Shown here: piece by piece, positions 13,101 to 26,245 of the stretch
Position numbering within the stretch: the first letter of the stretch is position 1
How the letters are laid out: every line of letters starts with the position of its first letter
From: Eledone cirrhosa
Lineage: Eukaryota
Direction: 5' to 3'
Assembly: GCA_964016885.1 (NCBI GenBank)
Contig: OZ024758.1
Span: 38,998,001 to 39,062,000, forward strand
DNA length: 64,000 nt
Program-made: the position numbers and the translations under genes
The notes under the pieces: model-generated
The model's database searches: none
The model's input: only the letters and a program-made list of their open reading frames with translations
Told to the model about the DNA's origin: nothing

Positions 13101-15035
13101 TTGGTGAGAATTCATTTAAGTTCATGGTGCTAGCTGTCAGAAGTAACTCCACTGTTGGTGAGAATTCATTTAAGTTCATGGTATTAGCTGTCAGAAGTAA
13201 CTCCACTGTTGGTGAGAATTCATTTAAGTTTATGGTATTAGCTGACAGAAGTCACTCCACTGTTGGTGAGAATTCATTTAAGTTCATGGTACTAGCTGTC
13301 AGAAGTAACTCCAATGTTGGTGAGAATTCATTTAAATTCATGGTATTAGCTGTCAGAAGTAACTCCACTGTTGGTGAGAATTCATTTAAGTTCATGGTAT
13401 TAGCTGTCAGAAGTAACTCCACTGTTGGTGAGAATTCATTTAAGTTCATGGTATTAGCTGTCAGAAGTAACTCCACTGTTGGTGAGAATTCATTTAAGTT
13501 CATGGTACTAGCTGTCAGAAGTAACTCCAATGTTGGTGAGAATTCATTTAAGTTCATGGTATTAGCTGTCAGAAGTAACTCCACTGTTGGTGAGTATTCA
13601 TTTAAGTCATGGTATTAGCTGTCAGAAGTAACTCCACTGTTGGTGAGAATTCATTTAAGTTCATGGTATTAGCTGTCAGAAGTAACTCCACTGTTGGTGA
13701 GAATTCATTTAAGTCATGGTATTAGCTGTCAGAAGTAACTCCACTGTTGGTGAGAACTCATTTAAGTTCATGGTATTAGCTGTCAGAAGTAACTCCACTG
13801 TTGGTGAGAATTCATTTAAGTTCATGGTATTAGCTGTCAGAAGTAACTCCACTGTTGGTGAGAATTCATTTAAGTTCATGGTATTAGTTTGTCAGAAGTA
13901 ACTCCACTGTTGGTGAGAATTCATTTAAGTCATGGTATTAGTTGTCAGAAGTAACTCCAATGTTGGTGAGAATTCATTTAAGTTCATGGTACTAGCTGTC
14001 AGAAGTAACTCCACTGTTGGTGAGAATTCATTTAAGTTCATGGTATTAGCTGTCAGAAGTAACTCCACTGTTGGTGAGAATTCATTTAAGTCATGGTATT
14101 AGCTGTCAGAAGTAACTCCAATGTTGGTGAGAATTCATTTAAGTTCATGGTATTAGCTGTCAGAAGTCACTCCACTGTTGGTGAGAATACATTTAAGTTC
14201 ATGGTACTAGCTGTCAGAAGTAACCCCAATGTTGGTGAGAATTCATTTAAGTTCATGGTATTAGCTGTCAGAAGTCACTCCAATGTTGGTGAGAATTCAT
14301 TTAAGTTCATGGTATTAGCTGTCAGAAGTAACTCCACTGTTGGTAAGAATTCATTTAAGTTCATGGTATTAGCTGTCAGAAGTAACTCCACTGTTGGTGA
14401 GAATTCATTTAAGTTCATGGTATTAGCTGTCAGAAGGAACGCCACTGTTGGTGAGAATTCATTTAAGTTCATGGTATTAGCTGTCAGAAGTAACTCCACT
14501 GTTGGTGAGAATTCATTTAAGTTCATGGTACTAGCTGTCAGAAGTAACTCCAATGTTGGTGAGAATTCATTTAAGTTCATGGTATTAGCTGTCAGAAGGA
14601 ACTCCACTGTTGCTGAGAATTCATTTAAGTTCATGGTATTAGCTGTCAGAAGTAACTCCACTGTTGGTGAGAATTCATTTAAGTTCATGGTACTAGCTGT
14701 CAGAAGTAACTCCACTGTTGGTGAGAATTCATTTAAGTTCATGGTACTAGCTGTCAGAAGTAACTCCACTGTTGGTGAGAATTCATTTAAGTTCATGGTA
14801 TTAGCTGTCAGAAGTAACTCCACTGTTGGTGAGAATTCATTTAAGTTCATGGTATTAGCTGTCAGAAGTAACTCCACTGTTGGTGAGAATTCATTTAAGT
14901 TCATGGTATTAGTTTGTCAGAAGTAACTCCACTGTTGGTGAGAATTCATTTAAGTCATGGTATTAGTTGTCAGAAGTAACTCCAATGTTGGTGAGAATTC
15001 ATTTAAGTTCATGGTACTAGCTGTCAGAAGTAACT
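7147..15035. repeat. Tandem duplication, period 3932 bp (73 monomers)
   Basis: Constant offset of 3932 for ORF-track pairs 7361/11293, 7738/11670, 8598/12530, 9784/13716 and 10161/14093, and for the diagnostic SNP at 7246/11178. Confidence 0.92.
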
Positions 15036-18000
15036 CCACTGTTGGTGAGAATTCATTTAAGTTCATGGTATTAGCTGTCAGAAGTAACTCCACTGTTGGT
15101 GAGAATTCATTTAAGTCATGGTACTGGCTGTCAGAAGTAACTCCAATGTTGGTGAGAATTCATTTAAGTTCATGGTATTAGCTGTCAGAAGTAACTCCAC
15201 TGTTGGTGAGAATTCATTTAAGTTCATGGTATTAGCTGTCAGAAGGAACGCCACTGTTGGTGAGAATGCATTTAAGTTCATGGTATTAGCTGTCAGAAGT
15301 AACTCCACTGTTGGTGAGAATTCATTTAAGTTCATGGTACTAGCTGTCAGAAGTAACTCCAATGTTGGTGAGAATTCATTTAAGTTCATGGTATTAGCTG
15401 TCAGAAGGAACACCACTGTTGCTGAGAATTCATTTAAGTTCATGGTATTAGCTGTCAGAAGTAACTCCACTGTTGGTGAGAATTCATTTAAGTTCATGGT
15501 ATTAGCTGTCAGAAGTAACTCCACTGTTGGTGAGAATTCATTTAAGTTATGGTATTAGCTGTCAGAAGTAACTCCAATGTTGGTGAGAATTCATTTAAGT
15601 TCATGGTATTAGCTGTCAGAAGTCACTCCACTGTTGGTGAGAATACATTTAAGTTCATGGTACTAGCTGTCAGAAGTAACCCCAATGTTGGTGAGAATTC
15701 ATTTAAGTTCATGGTATTAGCTGTCAGAAGTCACTCCAATGTTGGTGAGAATTCATTTAAGTTCATGGTATTAGCTGTCAGAAGTAACTCCACTGTTGGT
15801 AAGAATTCATTTAAGTTCATGGTATTAGCTGTCAGAAGTAACTCCACTGTTGGTGAGAATTCATTTAAGTTCATGGTACTAGCTGTCAGAAGTAACTCCA
15901 ATGTTGGTGAGAATTCATTTAAGTTCATGGTATTAGCTGTCAGAAGTAACTCCACTGTTGGTGAGTATTCATTTAAGTCATGGTATTAGCTGTCAGAAGT
16001 AACTCCACTGTTGGTGAGAATTCATTTAAGTTCATGGTATTAGCTGTCAGAAGTAACTCCACTGTTGGTGAGAATTCATTTAAGTCATGGTATTAGCTGT
16101 CAGAAGTAACTCCACTGTTGGTGAGAACTCATTTAAGTTCATGGTATTAGCTGTCAGAAGTAACTCCACTGTTGGTGAGAATTCATTTAAGTTCATGGTA
16201 TTAGCTGTCAGAAGTAACTCCACTGTTGGTGAGAATTCATTTAAGTTCATGGTATTAGTTTGTCAGAAGTAACTCCACTGTTGGTGAGAATTCATTTAAG
16301 TCATGGTATTAGTTGTCAGAAGTAACTCCAATGTTGGTGAGAATTCATTTAAGTTCATGGTACTAGCTGTCAGAAGTAACTCCACTGTTGGTGAGAATTC
16401 ATTTAAGTTCATGGTATTAGCTGTCAGAAGTAACTCCACTGTTGGTGAGAATTCATTTAAGTCATGGTATTAGCTGTCAGAAGTAACTCCAATGTTGGTG
16501 AGAATTCATTTAAGTTCATGGTATTAGCTGTCAGAAGTCACTCCACTGTTGGTGAGAATACATTTAAGTTCATGGTACTAGCTGTCAGAAGTAACCCCAA
16601 TGTTGGTGAGAATTCATTTAAGTTCATGGTATTAGCTGTCAGAAGTCACTCCAATGTTGGTGAGAATTCATTTAAGTTCATGGTATTAGCTGTCAGAAGT
16701 AACTCCACTGTTGGTAAGAATTCATTTAAGTTCATGGTATTAGCTGTCAGAAGTAACTCCACTGTTGGTGAGAATTCATTTAAGTTCATGGTATTAGCTG
16801 TCAGAAGGAACGCCACTGTTGGTGAGAATTCATTTAAGTTCATGGTATTAGCTGTCAGAAGTAACTCCACTGTTGGTGAGAATTCATTTAAGTTCATGGT
16901 ACTAGCTGTCAGAAGTAACTCCAATGTTGGTGAGAATTCATTTAAGTTCATGGTATTAGCTGTCAGAAGGAACTCCCCTGTTGCTGAGAATTCATTTAAG
17001 TTCATGGTATTAGCTGTCAGAAGTAACTCCACTGTTGGTGAGAATTCATTTAAGTTCATGGTACTAGCTGTCAGAAGTAACTCCACTGTTGGTGAGAATT
17101 CATTTAAGTTCATGGTACTAGCTGTCAGAAGTAACTCCACTGTTGGTGAGAATTCATTTAAGTTCATGGTATTAGCTGTCAGAAGTAACTCCACTGTTGG
17201 TGAGAATTCATTTAAGTTCATGGTATTAGCTGTCAGAAGTAACTCCACTGTTGGTGAGAATTCATTTAAGTTCATGGTATTAGTTTGTCAGAAGTAACTC
17301 CACTGTTGGTGAGAATTCATTTAAGTCATGGTATTAGTTGTCAGAAGTAACTCCAATGTTGGTGAGAATTCATTTAAGTTCATGGTACTAGCTGTCAGAA
17401 GTAACTCCACTGTTGGTGAGAATTCATTTAAGTTCATGGTATTAGCTGTCAGAAGTAACTCCACTGTTGGTGAGAATTCATTTAAGTCATGGTACTGGCT
17501 GTCAGAAGTAACTCCAATGTTGGTGAGAATTCATTTAAGTTCATGGTATTAGCTGTCAGAAGTAACTCCACTGTTGGTGAGAATTCATTTAAGTTCATGG
17601 TATTAGCTGTCAGAAGGAACGCCACTGTTGGTGAGAATTCATTTAAGTTCATGGTATTAGCTGTCAGAAGTAACTCCACTGTTGGTGAGAATTCATTTAA
17701 GTTCATGGTACTAGCTGTCAGAAGTAACTCCAATGTTGGTGAGAATTCATTTAAGTTCATGGTATTAGCTGTCAGAAGGAACTCCACTGTTGCTGAGAAT
17801 TCATTTAAGTTCATGGTATTAGCTGTCAGAAGTAACTCCACTGTTGGTGAGAATTCATTTAAGTTCATGGTATTAGCTGTCAGAAGTAACTCCACTGTTG
17901 GTGAGAATTCATTTAAGTTATGGTATTAGCTGTCAGAAGTAACTCCAATGTTGGTGAGAATTCATTTAAGTTCATGGTATTAGCTGTCAGAAGTCACTCC

Positions 18001-18150
18001 ACTGTTGGTGAGAATACATTTAAGTTCATGGTACTAGCTGTCAGAAGTAACCCCAATGTTGGTGAGAATTCATTTAAGTTCATGGTATTAGCTGTCAGAA
18101 GTCACTCCAATGTTGGTGAGAATTCATTTAAGTTCATGGTATTAGCTGTC
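13440..18150. repeat. Tandem duplication, period 2371 bp (44 monomers)
   Basis: Offset 2371 for 13716/16087, 14093/16464, 14957/17328, 15118/17489 and 15549/17920. Both copies carry GAGTATT and the otherwise unseen AAGTTATGG 53-bp junction (~15545/~17916). Confidence 0.9.
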
Positions 18151-21100
18151 AGAAGTAACTCGACTGTTGGTGAGAATACATTTAAGTTCATGGTAGTAGC
18201 TGTCAGAAGTAACCCCAATGTTGGTGAGAATTCATTTAAGTTCATGGTATTAGCTGTCAGAAGTCACTCCAATGTTGGTGAGAATTCATTTAAGTTCATG
18301 GTATTAGCTGTCAGAAGTAACTCCACTGTTGGTAAGAATTCATTTAAGTTCATGGTATTAGCTGTCAGAAGTAACTCCACTGTTGGTGAGAATTCATTTA
18401 AGTTCATGGTATTAGCTCTCAGAAGGGACGCCACTGTTGGTGAGAATTCATTTAAGTTCATGGTATTAGCTGTCAGAAGTAACTCCACTGTTGGTGAGAA
18501 TTCATTTAAGTTCATGGTACTAGCTGTCAGAAGTAACTCCAATGTTGGTGAGAATTCATTTAAGTTCATGGTATTAGCTGTCAGAAGGAACTCCAATGTT
18601 GGTGAGAATTCATTTAAGTTCATGGTACTAGCTGTCAGAAGTAACTCCAATGTTGGTGAGAATTCATTTAAGTTCATGGTATTAGCTGTCAGAAGTAACT
18701 CCACTGTTGGTGAGAATTCATTTAAGTTCATGGTACTAGCTGTCAGAAGTAACTCCTCTGTTGGTGAGAATTCATTTAAGTTCATGGTATTAGCTGTCTG
18801 AAGTCACTCCAATGTTGGTGAGAATTCATTTAAGTTCATGGTATTAGCTGTCAGAAGCCACTCCACTGTTGGTGAGAATTCATTTAAGTTCATGGTACTA
18901 GCTGTCAGAAGTAACCCCAATGTTGGTGAGAATTCATTTAAGTTCATGGTATTAGCTGTCAGAAGTCACTCCAATGTTGGTGAGAATTCATTTAAGTTCA
19001 TGGTATTAACTGTCAGAAGTAACTCCACTGTTGGTGAGAATTCATTTAAGTTCATGGTATTAGCTGTCAGAAGTAACTCCACTGTTGGTGAGAATTCATT
19101 TAAGTTCATGGTATTAGCTGTCAGAAGTAACTCCACTGTTGGTGAGAATTCATTTAAGTCATGGTATTAGCTGTCAGAAGTAACTCCAATGTTGGTGAGA
19201 ATTCATTTAAGTTCATGGTATTAGTTGTCAGAAGTCACTCCACTGTTGGTGAGAATTCATTTAAGTTCATGGTACTAGCTGTCAGAAGTAACCCCAATGT
19301 TGGTGAGAATTCATTTAAGTTCATGGTATTAGCTGTCAGAAGTCACTCCAATGTTGGTGAGAATTCATTTAAGTCATGGTATTAGTTGTCAGAAGTAACT
19401 CCAATGTTGGTGAGAATTCATTTAAGTTCATGGTACTAGCTGTCAGAAGTAACTCCACTGTTGGTGAGAATTCATTTAAGTTCATGGTATTAGCTGTCAG
19501 AAGTAACTCCACTGTTGGTGAGAATTCATTTAAGTCATGGTACTGGCTGTCAGAAGTAACTCCAATGTTGGTGAGAATTCATTTAAGTTCATGGTATTAG
19601 CTGTCAGAAGTAACTCCACTGTTGGTGAGAATTCATTTAAGTTCATGGTATTAGCTGTTAGAAGTAACTCCACTGTTGGTGAGAATTCATTTAAGTCATG
19701 GTATTAGCTGTCAGAAGTAACTCCAATGTTGGTGAGAATTCATTTAAGTTCATGGTATTAGCTGTCAGAAGTCACTCCACTGTTGGTGAGAATACATTTA
19801 AGTTCATGGTACTAGCTGTCAGAAGTAACCCCAATGTTGGTGAGAATTCATTTAAGTTCATGGTATTAGCTGTCAGAAGTCACTCCAATGTTGGTGAGAA
19901 TTCATTTAAGTTCATGGTATTAGCTGTCAGAAGTAACTCCACTGTTGGTAAGAATTCATTTAAGTTCATGGTATTAGCTGTCAGAAGTAACTCCACTGTT
20001 GGTGAGAATTCATTTAAGTTCATGGTATTAGCTGTCAGAAGGAACGCCACTGTTGGTGAGAATTCATTTAAGTTCATGGTATTAGCTGTCAGAAGTAACT
20101 CCACTGTTGGTGAGAATTCATTTAAGTTCATGGTACTAGCTGTCAGAAGTAACTCCAATGTTGGTGAGAATTCATTTAAGTTCATGGTATTAGCTGTCAG
20201 AAGGAACTCCACTGTTGCTGAGAATTCATTTAAGTTCATGGTATTAGCTGTCAGAAGTAACTCCACTGTTGGTGAGAATTCATTTAAGTTCATGGTACTA
20301 GCTGTCAGAAGTAACTCCACTGTTGGTGAGAATTCATTTAAGTTCATGGTACTAGCTGTCAGAAGTAACTCCACTGTTGGTGAGAATTCATTTAAGTTCA
20401 TGGTATTAGCTGTCAGAAGTAACTCCACTGTTGGTGAGAATTCATTTAAGTTCATGGTATTAGCTGTCAGAAGTAACTCCACTGTTGGTGAGAATTCATT
20501 TAAGTTCATGGTATTAGTTTGTCAGAAGTAACTCCACTGTTGGTGAGAATTCATTTAAGTCATGGTATTAGTTGTCAGAAGTAACTCCAATGTTGGTGAG
20601 AATTCATTTAAGTTCATGGTACTAGCTGTCAGAAGTAACTCCACTGTTGGTGAGAATTCATTTAAGTTCATGGTATTAGCTGTCAGAAGTAACTCCACTG
20701 TTGGTGAGAATTCATTTAAGTCATGGTACTGGCTGTCAGAAGTAACTCCAATGTTGGTGAGAATTCATTTAAGTTCATGGTATTAGCTGTCAGAAGTAAC
20801 TCCACTGTTGGTGAGAATTCATTTAAGTTCATGGTATTAGCTGTCAGAAGTAACTCCACTGTTGGTGAGAATTCATTTAAGTTCATGGTACTAGTTGTCA
20901 GAAGTAACTCCAATGTTGGTGAGAATTCATTTAAGTTCATGGTATTAGCTGTCAGAAGGAACTCCACTGTTGCTGAGAATTCATTTAAGTTCATGGTATT
21001 AGCTGTCAGAAGTAACTCCACTGTTGGTGAGAATTCATTTAAGTTCATGGTATTAGCTGTCAGAAGTAACTCCACTGTTGGTGAGAATTCATTTAAGTCA

Positions 21101-21889
21101 TGGTATTAGCTGTCAGAAGTAACTCCAATGTTGGTGAGAATTCATTTAAGTTCATGGTATTAGCTGTCAGAAGTCACTCCACTGTTGGTGAGAATACATT
21201 TAAGTTCATGGTACTAGCTGTCAGAAGTAACCCCAATGTTGGTGAGAATTCATTTAAGTTCATGGTATTAGCTGTCAGAAGTCACTCCAATGTTGGTGAG
21301 AATTCATTTAAGTTCATGGTATTAGCTGTCAGAAGTAACTCCACTGTTGGTAAGAATTCATTTAAGTTCATGGTATTAGCTGTCAGAAGTAACTCCACTG
21401 TTGGTGAGAATTCATTTAAGTTCATGGTATTAGCTGTCAGAAGGAACGCCACTGTTGGTGAGAATTCATTTAAGTTCATGGTATTAGCTGTCAGAAGTAA
21501 CTCCACTGTTGGTGAGAATTCATTTAAGTTCATGGTACTAGCTGTCAGAAGTAACTCCAATGTTGGTGAGAATTCATTTAAGTTCATGGTATTAGCTGTC
21601 AGAAGGAACTCCACTGTTGCTGAGAATTCATTTAAGTTCATGGTATTAGCTGTCAGAAGTAACTCCACTGTTGGTGAGAATTCATTTAAGTTCATGGTAC
21701 TAGCTGTCAGAAGTAACTCCACTGTTGGTGAGAATTCATTTAAGTTCATGGTATTAGCTGTCAGAAGTCACTCCAATGTTGGTGAGAATTCATTTAAGTT
21801 CATGGTATTAGCTGTCAGAAGTCACTCCACTGTTGGTGAGAATTCATTTAAGTTCATGGTACTAGCTGTCAGAAGTAACCCCAATGTTG

Positions 21890-24800
21890 GTGAGAATTCA
21901 TTTAAGTTCATGGTATTAGCTGTCAGAAGTCACTCCAATGTTGGTGAGAATTCATTTAAGTTCATGGTATTAACTGTCAGAAGTAACTCCACTGTTGGTG
22001 AGAATTCATTTAAGTTCATGGTATTAGCTGTCAGAAGTAACTCCACTGTTGGTGAGAATTCATTTAAGTTCATGGTATTAGCTGTCAGAAGTAACTCCAC
22101 TGTTGGGGAGAATTCATTTAAGTCATGGTATTAGCTGTCAGAAGTAACTCCAATGTTGGTGAGAATTCATTGAAGTTCATGGTATTAGTTGTCAGAAGTC
22201 ACTCCACTGTTGGTGAGAATTCATTTAAGTTCATGGTACTAGCTGTCAGAAGTAACCCCAATGTTGGTGAGAATTCATTTAAGTTCATGGTATTAGCTGT
22301 CAGAAGTCACTCCAATGTTGGTGAGAATTCATTTAAGTTCATGGTATTAGCTGTCAGAAGTAACTCCACTGTTGGTGAGAATTCATTTAAGTTCATGGTA
22401 TTAGCTGTCAGAAGTAACTCCACTGTTGGTGAGAATTCATTTAAGTTCATGGTATTAGCTGTCAGAAGTAACTCCACTGTTGGTGAGAATTCATTTAAGT
22501 TCATGGTATTAGCTGTCAGAAGTCACTCCAATGTTTGTGAGAATTCATTTAAGTCATGGTACTAGCTGTCAGAAGTAACTCCACTGTTGGTGAGAATTCA
22601 TTTAAGTTCATTGTATTAGCTGTCAGAAGGAACGCCACTGTTGGTGAGAATTCATTTAAGTTCATGGTATTAGCTGTCAGAAGTAACTCCACTGTTGGTG
22701 AGAATTCATTTAAGTTCATGGTACTAGCTGTCAGAAGTAACTCCAATGTTGGTGAGAATCCATTTAAGTTCATGGTATTAGCTGTCAGAAGGAACTCCAC
22801 TGTTGCTGAGAATTCATTTAAGTTCATGGTATTAGCTGTCAGAAGTAACTCCACTGTTGGTGAGAATTCATTTAAGTTCATGGTACTAGCTGTCAGAAGT
22901 CACTCCACTGTTGGTGAGAATACATTTAAGTTCATGGTACTAGCTGTCAGAAGTAACCCCAATGTTGGTGAGAATTCATTTAAGTTCATGGTATTAGCTG
23001 TCAGAAGTCACTCCAATGTTGGTGAGAATTCATTTAAGTTCATGGTATTAGCTGTCAGAAGTAACTCCACTGTTGGTAAGAATTCATTTAAGTTCATGGT
23101 ATTAGCTGTCAGAAGTAACTCCACTGTTGGTGAGAATTCATTTAAGTTCATGGTATTAGCTGTCAGAAGGAACGCCACTGTTGGTGAGAATTCATTTAAG
23201 TTCATGGTATTAGCTGTCAGAAGTAACTCCACTGTTGGTGAGAATTCATTTAAGTTCATGGTACTAGCTGTCAGAAGTAACTCCACTGTTGGTGAGAATT
23301 CATTTAAGTTCATGGTATTAGCTGTCAGAAGTAACTCCACTGTTGGTAAGAATTCATTTAAGTTCATGGTATTAGCTGTCAGAAGTAACTCCACTGTTGG
23401 TGAGAATTCATTTAAGTTCATGGTATTAGCTGTCAGAAGGAACGCCACTGTTGGTGAGAATTCATTTAAGTTCATGGTATTAGCTGTCAGAAGTAACTCC
23501 ACTGTTGGTGAGAATTCATTTAAGTTCATGGTACTAGCTGTCAGAAGTAACTCCAATGTTGGTGAGAATTCATTTACGTTCATGGTATTAGCTGTCAGAA
23601 GGAACTCCACTGTTGCTGAGAATTCATTTAAGTTCATGGTATTAGCTGTCAGAAGTAACTCCACTGTTGGTGAGAATTCATTTAAGTTCATGGTACTAGC
23701 TGTCAGAAGTAACTCCACTGTTGGTGAGAATTCATTTAAGTTCATGGTACTAGCTGTCAGAAGTAACTCCACTGTTGGTGAGAATTCATTTAAGTTCATG
23801 GTATTAGCTGTCAGAAGTAACTCCACTGTTGGTGAGAATTCATTTAAGTTCATGGTATTAGCTGTCAGAAGTAACTCCACTGTTGGTGAGAATTCATTTA
23901 AGTTCATGGTATTAGTTTGTCAGAAGTAACTCCACTGTTGGTGAGAATTCATTTAAGTCATGGTATTAGTTGTCAGAAGTAACTCCAATGTTGGTGAGAA
24001 TTCATTTAAGTTCATGGTACTAGCTGTCAGAAGTAACTCCACTGTTGGTGAGAATTCATTTAAGTTCATGGTATTAGCTGTCAGAAGTCACTCCAATGTT
24101 GGTGAGAATTCATTTAAGTTCATGGTATTAACTGTCAGAAGTAACTCCACTGTTGGTGAGAATTCATTTAAGTTCATGGTATTAGCTGTCAGAAGTAACT
24201 CCACTGTTGGTGAGAATTCATTTAAGTTCATGGTATTAGCTGTCAGAAGTAACTCCACTGTTGGGGAGAATTCATTTAAGTCATGGTATTAGCTGTCAGA
24301 AGTAACTCCAATGTTGGTGAGAATTCATTGAAGTTCATGGTATTAGTTGTCAGAAGTCACTCCACTGTTGGTGAGAATTCATTTAAGTTCATGGTACTAG
24401 CTGTCAGAAGTAACCCCAATGTTGGTGAGAATTCATTTAAGTTCATGGTATTAGCTGTCAGAAGTCACTCCAATGTTGGTGAGAATTCATTTAAGTTCAT
24501 GGTATTAGCTGTCAGAAGTAACTCCACTGTTGGTGAGAATTCATTTAAGTTCATGGTATTAGCTGTCAGAAGTAACTCCACTGTTGGTGAGAATTCATTT
24601 AAGTTCATGGTATTAGCTGTCAGAAGTAACTCCACTGTTGGTGAGAATTCATTTAAGTTCATGGTATTAGCTGTCAGAAGTCACTCCAATGTTTGTGAGA
24701 ATTCATTTAAGTCATGGTACTAGCTGTCAGAAGTAACTCCACTGTTGGTGAGAATTCATTTAAGTTCATTGTATTAGCTGTCAGAAGGAACGCCACTGTT

Positions 24801-26245
24801 GGTGAGAATTCATTTAAGTTCATGGTATTAGCTGTCAGAAGTAACTCCACTGTTGGTGAGAATTCATTTAAGTTCATGGTACTAGCTGTCAGAAGTAACT
24901 CCAATGTTGGTGAGAATCCATTTAAGTTCATGGTATTAGCTGTCAGAAGGAACTCCACTGTTGCTGAGAATTCATTTAAGTTCATGGTATTAGCTGTCAG
25001 AAGTAACTCCACTGTTGGTGAGAATTCATTTAAGTTCATGGTACTAGCTGTCAGAAGTCACTCCACTGTTGGTGAGAATACATTTAAGTTCATGGTACTA
25101 GCTGTCAGAAGTAACCCCAATGTTGGTGAGAATTCATTTAAGTTCATGGTATTAGCTGTCAGAAGTCACTCCAATGTTGGTGAGAATTCATTTAAGTTCA
25201 TGGTATTAGCTGTCAGAAGTAACTCCACTGTTGGTAAGAATTCATTTAAGTTCATGGTATTAGCTGTCAGAAGTAACTCCACTGTTGGTGAGAATTCATT
25301 TAAGTTCATGGTATTAGCTGTCAGAAGGAACGCCACTGTTGGTGAGAATTCATTTAAGTTCATGGTATTAGCTGTCAGAAGTAACTCCACTGTTGGTGAG
25401 AATTCATTTAAGTTCATGGTACTAGCTGTCAGAAGTAACTCCACTGTTGGTGAGAATTCATTTAAGTTCATGGTATTAGCTGTCAGAAGTAACTCCACTG
25501 TTGGTAAGAATTCATTTAAGTTCATGGTATTAGCTGTCAGAAGTAACTCCACTGTTGGTGAGAATTCATTTAAGTTCATGGTATTAGCTGTCAGAAGGAA
25601 CGCCACTGTTGGTGAGAATTCATTTAAGTTCATGGTATTAGCTGTCAGAAGTAACTCCACTGTTGGTGAGAATTCATTTAAGTTCATGGTACTAGCTGTC
25701 AGAAGTAACTCCAATGTTGGTGAGAATTCATTTAAGTTCATGGTATTAGCTGTCAGAAGGAACTCCACTGTTGCTGAGAATTCATTTAAGTTCATGGTAT
25801 TAGCTGTCAGAAGTAACTCCACTGTTGGTGAGAATTCATTTAAGTTCATGGTACTAGCTGTCAGAAGTAACTCCACTGTTGGTGAGAATTCATTTAAGTT
25901 CATGGTACTAGCTGTCAGAAGTAACTCCACTGTTGGTGAGAATTCATTTAAGTTCATGGTATTAGCTGTCAGAAGTAACTCCACTGTTGGTGAGAATTCA
26001 TTTAAGTTCATGGTATTAGCTGTCAGAAGTAACTCCACTGTTGGTGAGAATTCATTTAAGTTCATGGTATTAGTTTGTCAGAAGTAACTCCACTGTTGGT
26101 GAGAATTCATTTAAGTCATGGTATTAGTTGTCAGAAGTAACTCCAATGTTGGTGAGAATTCATTTAAGTTCATGGTACTAGCTGTCAGAAGTAACTCCAC
26201 TGTTGGTGAGAATTCATTTAAGTTCATGGTATTAGCTGTCAGAAG
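21890..26245. repeat. Tandem duplication, period 2158 bp (40 monomers)
   Basis: Offset 2158 for 22125/24283, 22556/24714 and 23960/26118. Shared variants are TGGGGAG, CATTGAAG, ATGTTTGTG (seen only in these two copies), TTCATTGT and GAATCCA. Confidence 0.9.
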
